Of a stretch of DNA of 64,000 nucleotides, positions 1-13,616 are shown in pieces (the stretch's first letter is position 1; each line of letters opens with the position of its first letter). The notes beneath the pieces are model-generated. The model had not been told where the DNA came from. It was given only the letters and a program-made list of their open reading frames with translations, and made no database searches. Origin of the DNA: Moniliella sp. 'wahieum' (taxonomy: Eukaryota); the NCBI GenBank assembly GCA_003971905.1, contig RSEE01000072.1, forward strand, positions 124,001 through 188,000, read 5' to 3'. A program made the position numbers and the translations under genes.

Positions 1-374
1 GTGGCCGTGGCGGCAGAGGAGGAGGAGGAGGAGGAGGACCAGCACCGGGACCTTATTCTTATCCTCACCAGGCGCACGGGGCGCCCTCTGTACCCCCTGC
101 ACCGGGATACGGGTATGCGCCGTTAGCCTACCCTGCTCCTGCTGTGCCTGGCGGCGCTCCTTGGCCATACTGGCCCGCACCGGCGGCCGCTCCTCAATGG
201 CCCGGCCCTCCACCGCCATCTGCATACCCGGGCTACGATCCGGCTGCGCCAGGTTACCAGCCTGCGTCCGCAGCACCTCCACCAGGTTACCAGCCTGCGT
301 CAGCAGCATCTCCACCAGGCTACCCCCCGCGCCTGGTGCGCCCCCGCCGGGCAGCTACTGAGCTCGCTCACTAG
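1..374 (+). CDS. 3' end of a gene with an RGG/Gly-rich then Pro/Tyr/Ala-rich low-complexity C-terminus (partial, runs in from the left edge)
   Basis: Open frame from position 3 reads GRGGRGGGGGGGPAPGPYSYPHQAHG...PGYQPASAAPPPGYQPASAASPPGY. The stop is at 361 or 374 depending on an indel in a C run. Confidence 0.5.
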   Translation, partial: GRGGRGGGGGGGPAPGPYSYPHQAHGAPSVPPAPGYGYAPLAYPAPAVPGGAPWPYWPAPAAAPQWPGPPPPSAYPGYDPAAPGYQPASAAPPPGYQPASAASPPGYPPRLVRPRRAATELAH

Positions 375-1405
375 TAACTATTCAATCGAGACCCACGCGA
401 CCGTGGCAATGGTGCATGGCAATGCCACATGGCAGGATTACATGGCTTTGTTCTCGCTTGGCGAGATGGGAGGGGACTGGACAACTTGTGTTTCTGCGCG
501 GGCTCAGGACCAGGCCCAGGGCAACCGGTAACACACACAGGGTAGGTTGTAGACCCCAACGCTGATAGAGCGGATCAGTGCGCCGTTCTTCGGGTGCGGG
601 GCAGCTGGCATGACGGATGATGCATGAGATGCGCCATGTGACGTGTGACATCCAGGGAAGCTTCACACACCTCGTCCCCAGCGCCTTTCCGGATATTTCA
701 GGCGTCTCTGACCTCCCCGCCTCGGCCACCCCGCCTGGAGCACGTGTGGGGCTGCGGGATAGTCGACGTATAGTGCAACTAGCTGTGGTTATCTCGAGCT
801 GGCCATCGATGCTCATTACCATTGGGGTCTGCCCAGTGCGGCCTGTTTGGAAAGCTGCTGGTGCGAACAAGATCAGCCGGATCGATGCGTCCATCGTCCA
901 ACTGAACGTTCAAATTCAAACGAGGGAGGGTGCAACCCTAGCACTGAGCCTCGGCTCGGCTGCTGCGTTTGGCCGCGCCCTGCCGCCCAGCGCCCAGCAG
1001 GGCTGTCGCGGGTGGCGCAGTGGCGGCACGGCGTACGGCACAGCGCCAGTGTGGCGCGCAGACGCGCGCGCGGCGCGTCGCAGGCGCGCGCACCGCCCGG
1101 CACAGCAGCAGTGTGCGCCCCGACACTCGTCACACGCCGTGGCTGCTGTGGGATGTCACCGATCGTCTCACCACTCACCGCCCAGCGCTCCTCTCCTTTC
1201 TCATCGATCAGCCATCCTCTCTGCGGAGCGAAGGCTTACAGCAGACACCGCCTCGCCATCACCATCGCCTGCTCCATCTCCATCTCCATCTCCCCCTCTG
1301 TCTCCACCACCACCACCACCACCTCCACCGCCACCTCGCATCCCCCGCCCGCCCTTCTCCCTCGCGGCCCCACGCCCTGCCTCGTGCGTGCGTCCGTTGT
1401 CCCCG

Positions 1406-3707
1406 ATGAGTAGCAGCGCCGACGTGATCACCCAGGTCGCTCCTGAAGCCAGCGCTGGCCTCCTGCCCCTCCGTCGTCCTCTCCCGCTCGCCGCTGCCCT
1501 GCCCTCGCCCGAGCAGACACAACAAGCCATCCACGCTGCTGAACATGCTGCCCGCGCGCACCTTTACCAGCAGCGCCGCCACATCTGTCTTGCTCAGCAC
1601 CTTCCACCTCCCTCCACTCCACCGCCCACTCCGCCCACTTCCCCCCCGTCCGCCCTTGCGTCGTCAGCGCCTCCACCGGCGCCCCGTCCGTCCGACTCCA
1701 CCGCCACTGCTGCCCCCTCGTCTTCCCGTACCACCATCGCCTCTCCGTCGGTACATCCACCGCCTCCCCGTCCGTCCGATTCCACGAGCCCTGCTGCGCC
1801 CTCGTCCTCCCGTGCCACCATTGTATCCCCTGCACAGGCCAACCAGGCTTGCTCCGATGCCGATGCCGTGCCTGATCCTGCGCACCCCCCAACCTCGGGC
1901 CCTACACCCGTATCTTCTTATCGCACCCCGGGTGCACCATTGCGTGGTCAGGCTCAGGCTGGGCCAAAGGACGCCTACGCCTCCTCGCCGCCGCTGTCGC
2001 ACCGAGAAAAGGTCACGCCAGGCAAGAAGGTCGGTCCATTGCGGCGGCTGGTACGGCTGTTTATCTGTGCCTCGGCTGAAACGGAAGAGATGGCCTATGG
2101 AGATGGAGTGTCGGTTTCGGCTTCGGCTGCGGCTGGTGCCGATGCTACGGCTACGGCTACGGGTTCGGGTCCTCCCGCTGTGGAAAAGCATCCTCCAACA
2201 AAAGGCTCACCCAACCTGCTCGGACCTCGGTCTTCCTCGCCCGCTACACCCAACACGCTTGCTCCCCCCCCCGCGCAGGAGAAGGAGAAGGAGAAGGAGA
2301 GCGATGTTCGTGCGCTAGGCGCAGGTACAGGTACAGGTACAGGTACAGGTACAGGGGCAGGCGCCACCGCCCCTTCTCTCCATCCGACACGGGAGACCGC
2401 TACGCCGTCCACGTCGGCGGAAGAAACGGCGGCGGCGAGCGGGACAAGCCAAGCGGCGTTACCCCAAGACGGCTATCGCAGCTAGCTCCACTGCTTCCAT
2501 CCACAAGCACGAGCATGAGCACGAGCACGAGCGAGGGGAGAGGAAGAGTGACCCTTCCCTCCCTGAGCCCACGGGGCAACAGACCACGACGCACCCCCCC
2601 GCCGAACTAGGTGCGTACACCTTGGCTGCGCCACGGATGCAGCACAAGTCCTCTACAGATTCGCGCTGGACGCACGACTCGCGTCCGAGCGGGGCCTACG
2701 CGCCTGGCGTGGTGGGTGGCAAGTTAGTTGGGCGGGAGGAGACGGAAGATGTGTTGTCTGCCGCGGTTGTTCCGCCCGGGTCGAGTTTGCCACCGCCTAC
2801 GCCGACGCTGGAGCGGGCTGCGATGCCCGTGTCGTCTTCGTTGGCCGAGTTGGTGGTTGGGCCTGGTGCGTCGCCTGCTGCGCCCGACCAGACATCGGGT
2901 TCGCCTGCGCAGGAGGAAGAGGTGGCTGGTCTTGGGCTGGATCTGGACGATGGGGATGAGATCGGGATCCCCTCGGAGGACGAGGTGGGGATTGCTGTGA
3001 CACCTGTTGATGGGACGGAAGCGGACGAGACCGAGGTGCCAGGGGAAGAAGAGGATGTGTATTATGATGAGCAGTGGCTTCAATGGGAGTTGGAGGAGGA
3101 GCAACGGTTGATTTTGCAAGGTGGGGCTGGTGTGCCGCATGACGAGCAGGGTAATCCGATGCCTCTGTTGGAAGAGGTGCATCCGCAAGATCAAGGTCGA
3201 AAGTGTCTTGTGCTGGATTTGGACGAGACGTTGGTCCATTCATCGTTCAAGATGATCCCCCAGGCGGACTTTATTGTACCCGTCGAGATTGAGGAGGAAG
3301 TGCACCATGTGTATGTGGCAAAACGGCCGGGGGTGGACGAATTTCTACGCCGGATGGGCGAGGCGTATGAGATTGTAGTCTTTACCGCTTCGTTGAGCAA
3401 GTACGCGGACCCCGTACTGGACCTACTGGACATTCATCGTGTTGTTCGCCACCGTCTGTTTCGGGAACACTGCTTACCCCACCGCGGGACGTACGTGAAA
3501 GACTTATCGATGCTCGGAAGACACGTAAAGGAAGTGATTATCCTGGACAACTCACCCGCTTCCTACATTTTCCACGCTACGAATGCCGTTCCGGTTTCCT
3601 CCTGGTTCTCCGACCCGCACGATACAGAGTTGTTGGACATGTGTCCTTTCCTCCTCGACCTGACCAAGGTGGAGGACGTACGAGCAGTACTGGATGGCGC
3701 ACTCTAA
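1406..3707 (+). CDS. PSR1: Psr1/Psr2-SCP1-like CTD small phosphatase (FCP1/NIF HAD domain) with a long Pro/Ser-rich N-terminus
   Basis: C-terminal [16 protein letters not shown] (DxDxT), [30 protein letters not shown] and [10 protein letters not shown] motifs. The N-terminal part is in ORF 617..2485 (ATG 1406) with a frameshift near 2480. It includes an 84-bp internal duplication (~1682-1830). Confidence 0.88.
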
Positions 3708-4577
3708 CTCCTCCTTCCTCGCTTCTTCCTCCACGGCAGACGTGACGTCAACGACCTTTTTACGCATGTTCCTCCCCCTCCTCCTCTTTGTTCCCAGCTT
3801 CCCTGTTCTCCGCATGGCTCTCTCGGCTCTCTCGACCCCCGTCCCAACCCCCCCAACTCCCACCTCCCACCTCCCACATCCCACCTCCCACATCCCACCT
3901 CCCAACTCCCAACTCCCAACTCCCAGACGCCCCGTACTCGCATCCGCTTCTGTCCCCTAATTTCCTTTACCTTCCGCTCTGTGGTGGACTGTGATACCCC
4001 CGCGCCCTCAACCCCCACCCCTCTCACTCCTCACTCCCCCTCCCCCCTCCCCCCTCTCCCCCAACCGCTAACCCCCAAGGGCGAGCAAGCAAAGTGCATG
4101 GGCCAGCATACGCTACGATCGACCTAGAACTGATTAGTTACCTGGGTAACCTGATTGAAGATCGCGCGATCGCGCAACCGCGCCATCCCGAACCATCGTC
4201 GTACGACCCGCGAAATCCATTTTTTGCAGCATCCTTTCCTTTGCCTGGCTGGGATGCGTGTACGTACGTGTACGTGTACCTCTCCACGAGCCAGGTACCG
4301 CAGCCTAGTTAGGTGCCTCACCGATCGCGCTGCCTGCCGAGCTACCACGGCCAGGCTGCGACCAGGCTACCACATGTCCATAGCCCATTGCCCATTGAGG
4401 ATCGCCCATCGCCCATTGTCATCCTGGTGTGCGGTAGGAGGTTATAAGGGAAAGCCAAAGGCAGGCAGGCCAGTAGGTAGGTAAGGAGAGTAGGAGGGTA
4501 AGGGGGAGGAATGGATGGAGGGAAGGAGGGAGGGAGGGAAGGAGGTGAGATATGAGTGTGAGGGATGGTAGGGTAAT

Positions 4578-5130
4578 TTACTCGACAATACGTTGTGCCT
4601 GCTTTTGGCGCTTCTTATCGGCCTCCTTCTTGAGGACCATGCCGACAAACGCGCCGATACCACTGAGGCCAACGACGAGCGCCACGGCGGGCAGACGGAT
4701 GGCCCACACCCGGTCGGGGAAAAAGGTTTGCAGGTACGCATCGGCCGGTAACAGCGGCTGCACACACACACAAGCACATAACCGCGCAACGTTAGCGTTA
4801 GCGTTAGCGTTACACAACGGGGCATCGTCATAGCAGGAGTGGGAGCGGTAGGTTAGGTGGGTGTCTGGGGCCTACGCCGATCCAGATCCAGGTACAGGTC
4901 CGGGTCCCTGCCAAGCCGGACGAACGAGAGGGGAGAGGCGACGTACAGTGACCAAGGCCCAGAGCGTGTAGTAGGTAAAGATGAACGTGGCGGCGGCCAT
5001 GAGTGAGCCGCCGAGCAAGCGGTCGGAAGCTCCCTGTCGGCAGAGCCAGTCAGCCGTCAGCTCTCAGTCGTCCGCCAGCCACGGAAGAAGAGCAACGAAG
5101 AGGGCGGGAGGAAGGAGGAGGACGTACCAT
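4578..5130 (-). CDS. DPM2: Dolichol-phosphate mannosyltransferase regulatory subunit DPM2 (3 exons)
   Basis: ATG(5130)|GTACGT intron|GASDRLLGGSLMAAATFIFTYYTLWALVT|GTACGT intron|PLLPADAYLQTFFPDRVWAIRLPAVALVVGLSGIGAFVGMVLKKEA. The YYTxW and FFP..WAI..P pattern is the DPM2 signature. Confidence 0.9.
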
Positions 5131-5420
5131 GGCGTGCGAGCAGACGAGGACGAGCGGGACGAGGAAGAGAAGATGCGGTGGCTGGCACCAGCGAGAAGTG
5201 GGGCGGCAGGGCCAAGGGGCGCGCCGCGGCGGAATTCCACAGACACGAGGCAGGCGGAACGCAAGCGGCGTGGCTGCGCGTGTGCCTTCCGCCCGTCTTC
5301 CGCCCCCCGCGGCTGCACAGGCCATCCCGCTGAGAGAGGAGGAAGGAGGAAGGCCCAAGGCAGGCCCAAGCCAGCGCAACGCAGCCCACGCACGAACTTT
5401 GGCCCACCAACCTGCTCGTG

Positions 5421-6660
5421 ATGAAGACTACGCTCCTGCGCCGTCTTCCGGATCTTGTGCGTGCGGGACCGCGTGCCTCCGTGTCCCTGAGCGCGGCTCG
5501 GGGCGCAGTGGGAGCCGCTGCGGCGGTGTCACACGTGTCGCACGGGCCTTCTGCCGTGGGTATGGCTTTTGCAGCGCCGGTGCGGGGCCTGCATGTGTCC
5601 CCCCCGCACTGAAGAAGGACAACAAGAAGGACAACAAGAAGGACAGTAAGAAGGACAAGGGCAAGAAGGGCAAGAAGGTGGAGGAGGACGAGGAGGAGGA
5701 CGATGCGCCGCGGGGCAAAAAGGCCAACAAATCGTCAGCCGGTGAACCCGAGTACGACCCTGACTACGTCCCCTCCAAGGTGGAACATATCCTGACGCGG
5801 GGCAAGACGGCAGTGGCGGACTTGCTGTCGCGTGTGGGCCGGCCGGATCCAAGTACGTTGGTTTGAGGTTGCTTTCCTTTGACTTTGCCTTGTGTTCTTG
5901 CCGCTGAGAAAGAGGGGCGAGCGCCGAACCTGAGACTGATGCGTATGGTGTGGAACAGAGATGCTGGAGAAACTGGTGGTGCAGCTGCACCATAACGACA
6001 AGGACTCGAGTCACAGCCTGATGGAACTCGCTACGGTGGGTGTGCAGAACAACCAGTTCCTCGTTCACTGCTTTGACCCAGAGGTACGCACTTCTCCTCC
6101 CCCCCTTCCTCCCACCTTGGTCTCTACGAGCAAGCTAACGCAAAGGTCCCAGTCGGTCAAGGCGGTGGAGAAGGCCGTGTACGACTCGTCGTTGGATTTG
6201 GTCCCGATGATCCAGCCGGGTGACGAGGAAGGTACGATTCGGATTCCGGTGCCCAAGCCGACGGTGGAGTTGCGGGATGGGTTGATCAAGGACCTTGGCA
6301 AGGCTGCGGAGCATTCCCGAAGGGAGGTGCGCGATGTGCGTCGGGTCGCCATGAAGGGCATCAAGAATGATGTCAATGAGGGTCTCATTGGCGAGTCGGA
6401 GGGCAAAAAGTTCGAGAAGGATGTACGTGATTTGCTCTTGTTTGGTTTGGGTCTTGGGTCTTCGGTTTGGGTCTTTGTTGAGGGGCTTTCGGTTCTTTCC
6501 TTTCCCTCCTGTGGGAGTGGGCGGACGGATGGATGGGATTGAGTTGCTGACGCTACATGTCCAGGTTGACAAGGAGATCAAGAAGGTGACCGATGCGATT
6601 GACAAGCTGCAGACCGAGGGCCAGAAGAAGCTCAAGGCAGTTGTGGTGGACGACGCGTAA
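5421..6660 (+). CDS. RRF1: Mitochondrial ribosome recycling factor (multi-exon), divergent from DPM2
   Basis: Arg-rich presequence-like start MKTTLLRRLPDLVRAG, then RVGRPDP, LMELATVGV, VKAVEKAV and IRIPVPKPTVELRDGLIKDLGKAAEHSRREVRDVRR, which fit the RRF domain. GT-AG introns near 5853, 6083 and 6423. Confidence 0.8.
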
Positions 6661-7143
6661 GTACCAAGTTAAGCGGAAGAAGTGGCGTTACGTTGATTGG
6701 AGACAACGTGTGTATGCTTCCCCACCTTGCCCTAAGAACCTCAGCATCAAGATCAAGATCAAGTGCAATATCAAGGTCGAATGGATATCGAATGGATATC
6801 GATACCGCCCGCCCCAAATCCACTTTGTAGCTCATTCTCTGCTTCTTGGTCCGATGCGACCTTCGCTACGTCCTAGTCATACCCACGATGTGTCGCGTCG
6901 CTGTGCCTAGCTAATCTACCAGCACACCAGGGAGAGAGAGAACGACGATGGATGATGCGGACGATCCTCTGCACTGTGGGTGGGCTTGACCCTACAACTG
7001 ACGGGCGCGAGAAGGGGAGGTCTATTTGGCCGCATTGGAGAGGCATGTGGGGACATAGAAGAGCAGGCGAGGGGGGGGGGGGGGTCAAAAGGGGTGGGGC
7101 AAATCGTTCGAACCCACCCTGACCGAGACGCGACAACTGATGA

Positions 7144-7893
7144 TCACTTGCTTGCTTTGGCCAGGGGGGCATCGAAGGTAACGGTGTACGACCAGTCGGT
7201 AGGGCAGTCCGATGAATGGGTAAGGTCGCAATCTTCTGCGCGGAGACCCGCGGCCGGGTCATGGGCCTGCGTGAAGAAACTAAAGTTGTACTTGGGCGGG
7301 GAGGAGCGTGCGCGCCCGACTGCGGGTTAAATTGGATGGACGTAACGTTAAACCCATCATCGTTGGTGGTGGAGCCCTTAAGGTAAAAGAGTTGCCACTT
7401 GGTCTGTTGGTCCGACACGTCGGTACAAGGCGCATCGATAAACTCGATCAGGGGCGCGTCGACCGAGGTGGTATTGGCCGTCACGCACTTGGACGCGCTC
7501 GAGTCGAGTGTCAGACGGCCAATGGCGCTATCGCCATTCGCACTGGAACTCAGCGACTGGAAGTAGAATTCTTGCGACTTGTTCTGTCCTCAGAGCAGTC
7601 AGCACACGCAGCATCTCGTCGCGCTCAGTCATCAGCTGTGTGACTCTCAAATGGGGGAGGGTCTACCATCAGAGATGCAGGACGTACAGCTGCGGTCGAC
7701 AAGGAGTCAGTTGAGCCCTGGTTGCCAAAGGAGATATAGTTGGTGGAGGCGTAGTTCCCCTCGTTGGCGCGCCCAATGAGCACGAGGTGAGCAGGGCCTT
7801 GAACAGAAGGGGTGTCGCGCGGAAGAGAGGGCATGGCCAGCGCGGCGGGAGCAGGGCGGCGAGAGAGAAGAGGGCGCGGTAGAGGACATGCAT
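7144..7893 (-). CDS. Small predicted secreted protein with 4 Cys, unknown family (effector candidate)
   Basis: Reconstructed signal peptide MHVLYRALFSLAALLPAALA. Intron 7584-7687 (GTACGT..CTGAC..CAG). Mature part NKSQEFYFQ...KCVTANTT...APCTDVSDQQTKWQLF...EDCDLTHSSDCPTDWSYTVTFDAPLAKASK*. TATAAA at ~7991-7996. Needs about 2 frameshift corrections. Confidence 0.6.
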
Positions 7894-10161
7894 GGTGAGA
7901 AAGAGTGGGAAGGCGAGGGGAGGGCGAACAAAAACGTGGAACGGATGTTGGGGTGGAGGAAAAGGGGTGGACATATCGATCCATCGTCTCTTTATATGGT
8001 TGTCCTCAGCGCCGCGGCAAAAAAGCGAATCAGGCAGAGTACTATATGTCTTTGATCTTCCAAATGTGGCGTTGGCCACAAGGCTGCAATGACATACACT
8101 GGGCCCCGCCCGGAGTTCCGTATCCCTCCTCCTCGCTTCTTCCCCAAAGCCGTCGGCCCGTCTCGTTATGATTTTCGTCCACAAACCCAGTAGGCCGGGG
8201 AGCTAGGAAAGGGTCGGAGCTCTGTGGCGTTCGAGCTTGGCGGACATTCTGCGCTAATAGCGAGGGCAAACATCCTATGAGTTTTTGTGGCGCAGGCGCA
8301 ACTATCTAATAGGGAGCCACACCAAGCTCCAAGAGCTATACGATCGCCAAGGTCATCTTGGATGGTCAAGCTTCAAGATTCAATTGAATGACCCTTGTGG
8401 CATTATGTGAGCCCTGGACACCTGAGCACCTGGAGAGCGCACCGCGGCCTCAGCAACCAGCAACCAGCAACCAGCCGTCGGCACCTGCCGGGGCCCAAGC
8501 CGTGGCCCGCAGTCTCTCCCTTACCTCGCCTCGCTCGCTCGGTAGTACAAGTTGCTTCACCAGAGTCCGACACTGGTGGGGTATTGGTCCGATCCGATTC
8601 ATGAGCCTGCTTGAAGCTTGAGCCAACCGGCTCACGTCCGCTCTCCCGATGCATGATGGGTGCCAACGCTGCCAGCTGGAGCTTGCCCCGCAGTTCCGGG
8701 GGCCAGGGAGTGGTCCCCCCGCGGCCAATGGCCTACTTGGCGTTCAGGCTGAGCGCGCTGAGCACAGCCCAGTGGAAGACATGTCCTGCGCCATGGTGGG
8801 GACGGGCGACGCGTGACGGCCCCGGCTCACTAGTCACTGAATAAGCGGAATGGATGACAATTGGAGCGCGGGAGACGCTGGCACGGAACTCCGGTGCGGG
8901 TGGGCGCAACGCAGAGTGAGCAACTAACTCCATGGAGAACAGCCACCAAATCCCCCCGGCTGCGGCTGACAACCAATAATCGACACCCACCAATCGATAA
9001 TCGATAATCCATCCTGCAGTACAGCTAGCTTTGGACGACCGTCCGACGAAGAAGGACGAAGAAGGATTTGGATCCCGCCTGGCAGATACCGACTGCGAAC
9101 CCACCCGCCGAGCTTTGCTCTTGCTCTTGTTTCCCACGACACTCTTCGCGCGGAAGACGGGGACGCGGGTGGTTGGGGTGCTCGTCGCCTCGTCACTGGG
9201 CCCACGAAGATCCAAGCGACGGGACGGGGTACCGCTCCGAGACTCTCAGTGGCTGTACAGGCGTGCGATATGGTCTCTGGTCTCTCTGCGTTGGGTTTGG
9301 ACGACGATGGTCAAAGGCGTGCCTCACCCGGTCTGAGCGGCCGGTGTGCGTTTCTCTGCACCGCGCGCGATGCACCAGCGGCTATGAGTATGATGAGGAT
9401 CAAGTGGTCCACCGTCGTTCCGCTCTACGTAGATTCAATCCTGGAAATCAGCTAAGGAAGATGCGCACATATGCACCGTGACCCGTGACTGATCAAGTTG
9501 ATCTTTACTGTGAGGAGGGGGAGGGGGTGCCACGTCGAATGCACATCCTGGGGATTTCCAATCCAAACAGGTGATGCGGACGAGGTGAGTTCACCGGGAA
9601 CCATAACCATAGGTATGGGCACCAAGCCTTACGCTGTCCATGATGCCAAAGCGGAGGCACCGTGAATGGGCATGCAGCTTGGATGACGCCTGCGGCGGAG
9701 TATACGCGGAAGAATGAGTAGATGGGAGGGGAAGCCCTTATTGATCCCTGACGCGCCTGACATACCATCAACTTGCCGCTGCCCCTCTCCCCCCCCCCAT
9801 ACACTCCCCCATAGGACCGCTCCTTGTTTTTTTCTCCTCCTACACGCAGGAGCACAACTAGCGTCCTGCTGCGGCAGTGGATCTTGAACGAATCAAAGGA
9901 GGCCCCAAAGGCGAAGAGCACACGAGGAAGGTGCAACATGTAGGGTTGAATGCATGGGAGTAGGTGGACACATGGTATGATGGGAACAGTCAAGCTGGGG
10001 AGATGAAAAGGAAAACAAAAAAGATGAACGTTGGTGGTTGTGCAAAGGGAGGGAAGATGCAGGCCCTAGCGAATGGAGTGGGGAGACAACCCAAACTGAG
10101 CGCGATCCTCTTGGACACGCCTAAGGATCCACGCCCAGTGGAGGTAAGTGAGCAAGACGAC

Positions 10162-10624
10162 TTATCCTGCGCGTCCTACCGAGCCCATCTCGAGGCCTTG
10201 GTTACGCGCAGCACGCATGGCGTCTGGGTGGAACGCATGGATGGACCGCGTGACCAGAGTCCATCCTCCAGCAACGCATTGGCACTGAGCCGGAGCGAGC
10301 GGGTGTCCGAGGCGTAGATGGTGATGGTGAGTTCAGCCGGGGCGGGGGCGTGGTGGTGGCGGTAGTGGGGTGCTGCTGCTTCCGGGGGGAGGAGAGAGGA
10401 GGAGAGGAATGGACCAGGTCTTGACCACGTCCATCGGACGCAGTTCCTTGTCGACGGTCAGGACGCGCTGGACGATCTGGGCATCGTGCTGAGACGGGTA
10501 GGGGATGCGCAGCGAGCTGGGTGGGGTGAGTACGCGGGAAGGGGGGGGGCAGAGGGGGGCGGTGAGAAACGTACAGCGAGTGGGGAAGGTCTTCGCCCCT
10601 GGGCAGCGTGGGCGAGGCGGGCAT
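10162..10624 (-). CDS. PCC1: KEOPS/EKC complex subunit Pcc1 (LAGE3-like)
   Basis: MPASPTLPRGEDLPHSL|intron|SLRIPYPSQHDAQIVQRVLTVDKELRPMDVVKTW...IYASDTRSLRLSANALLED..LVTRSIHAF. The IP.P...A..V...L.VD.EL and R.LR.S.N motifs are Pcc1 signatures. Confidence 0.8.
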
Positions 10625-11010
10625 GGGTGTGAGTGTGGATGTGTGTGGGTGTGGGTGTGGGTGTGGTCAGGGTGCGGTTGGTTGGCTACGGAAAGGCAAG
10701 CAACCACAAACGCAGTGGGTCGGTGCAACGTGGCCGAGGCGGAAGCGGACTGGAGCATGGGGGTTGATAATGACCGATGACCGATGATCGGTGATCGATG
10801 ATCGACCAACTCGATTAACGTTTAACCCTTCGCCAGGCCATCCATCCAATATGCTGCCCAAAGAGTCCCACTCGAACGCCACGCATCTACCTTCTCTCGC
10901 ATCTCGCATGTCACAGCTGTAACCTGCTTACAGGCCTGCCGAGCCACCACTGGGGTTGCTCTCGCTTGCGTGCGACCGTCTGCTGTCCACAGCATCCCCG
11001 GGTATCCAAT

Positions 11011-12110
11011 TCACGCCTCCCTCATCCCCCGCTTCGCATCTTGCCCATCTGTATCTGGCTCATCCCTCTCTGGCACGCCTTGCTGAGGCACATCTTGCTC
11101 GGGCGCATCTTTGCAGGTGCACCTTCGCAGGTGCATCTTTCGCAGGTGCACCTTTCGCAGGTGCATCTTTCTCAGGTGCATCTTGCTCAGGCACATCTTT
11201 CGCAGGTGCATCTTGCTCAGGCATCTGCTCGGGGCGGGTCAGTCGAGGCCGCAGGGGCTGGGGAAGCGGAAGAGCCAAGGGCAGCAACGCGAGCGGCAAG
11301 ACGATCGGTACGCTGAGTAAGCGCCTTGACGTTAGCCGTTGGACGAGCATGTTATCTTGGATAGCTTGTTGCAGCTGGGCGAGGAGGAGGGCGCGATGCC
11401 GTTCGCGCTGAGCCAACGTAGCTACATCGTCACCGGCGGTAGCCAGGGAAGTGCGTACGGCCGCCGCTTGGGCATGCACGCCACTTAAACTGCGCATCCG
11501 CGCCAATAGTGCAGCGGGTAAGGGTAACAGGGGTTCGACGCGCGCTTGTGTGCGCGTAGTGCGCCTAGGTCCGCACTTTCCTCCGTCGGGGCAGGGGTGG
11601 ATCGGTGTGCAAGGCGAGCGTTTTGAGTCGGCGCGTGTGATGGCGTCCAGTTGACGCGGTTGGGTGAGAAGCGCGACTTGGTGCGCAGCGTGGCGAGGGC
11701 AGAAAGCAGTGGGGGAGAAGTAGGATCGCGCACGCCAATGTCCCGCGCTAGTTTCTCCACTTGTTCTGCGACCGAGGCCAGAGTTGGTTCGCCCCCGCGC
11801 ACATCGGTAAGGGGCTGAAGTGTGTCGACGGTACGAGAGAGGGAGAGGATTTGGCCCAGCAGGTTGGTAGGTGGGTCTTTGGTGGGTCCTGGGCCCGTGG
11901 CCGTGCCCATGGCCATGGCCACTCCATCATCGTCCAAACTGTGTCGGAATCGTACGTGGCCAAATCTTCAATCTCGGCCCGCAGACGCTCCATCTTCTCT
12001 GCCCGTTTGTCCGCGCGCGAGGAAGGCGGTGGCACGGAAGCGGGGACGCCATCGGAGACGTAGACGTCCGGGGCCGTGTCAAGGTCCGGGAGCGTGCTGT
12101 ACTTGCTCAT
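11011..12110 (-). CDS. DCTN2: Dynactin subunit 2 (dynamitin/p50) with a repetitive C-terminal tail
   Basis: The N-terminus MSKYSTLPDLDTAPDVY is the dynamitin signature. Also KMERLRAEIEDL, a coiled-coil middle, and C-terminal AIQDNM..ANVKALTQRTDRLAARV. Several frameshifts. Confidence 0.75.
11086..11231. repeat. About 10 tandem 15-bp units (GGTGCATCTTKCKCA-like) encoding P-[EA]-[QK]-D-[AV] pentapeptides in the dynamitin tail
   Basis: Directly visible: ggtgcatctttcgca ggtgcacctttcgca ggtgcatctttctca ggtgcatcttgctca ggcacatctttcgca ggtgcatcttgctca. Confidence 0.9.
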
Positions 12111-12547
12111 CGCAGCCAGGGGATGGTGGAGCACGTGGCGCACCCGACGGGGGATGGGCGGAGAGAGAGACTAGTGACTGACTGACTCAAGGGGCGCGGC
12201 GCGGGTGGGCCGGAATTTGAGGTTTGCGCCTGGCTTAGTTGTCATTTCAATTCCTCGCTCCTCCATCAACTAACGTCGTCATCGAGTCATCCATCATGCA
12301 TGCTGCCAAGTCCATGTCGACCATGCCATCCACGACCTCGACCTCTTCCTTCCAAACCGATCCCTTCACCTGCCTTCGCTTGATGCCCGAACTAGATGGT
12401 CTCCGCACAACAGATGAACATGGATGCTATGGCAACTGACACTTGCCCCCCGCCCTCTCCCAACGGGGGGAAATCGAATTCGGGAAAACGAATAGAGGAG
12501 GCTGATAGATTGGCCGTGGATGCCCATTGCACATTCCGCATTAGGGA

Positions 12548-13616
<1,069 letters not shown>

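Noticed and set aside
617..1405. Extra N-terminal ~260 codons of the 622-aa ORF
   Set aside because: It looks like promoter and pyrimidine-rich 5' UTR. ATG 1406 follows the CT-rich leader typical of starts here.
9390..9492. Confident box C/D snoRNA call
   Set aside because: The boxes are present but there is no clear terminal stem, and the putative guide does not match an rRNA segment I can verify. It is kept only as part of the unexplained-region finding.
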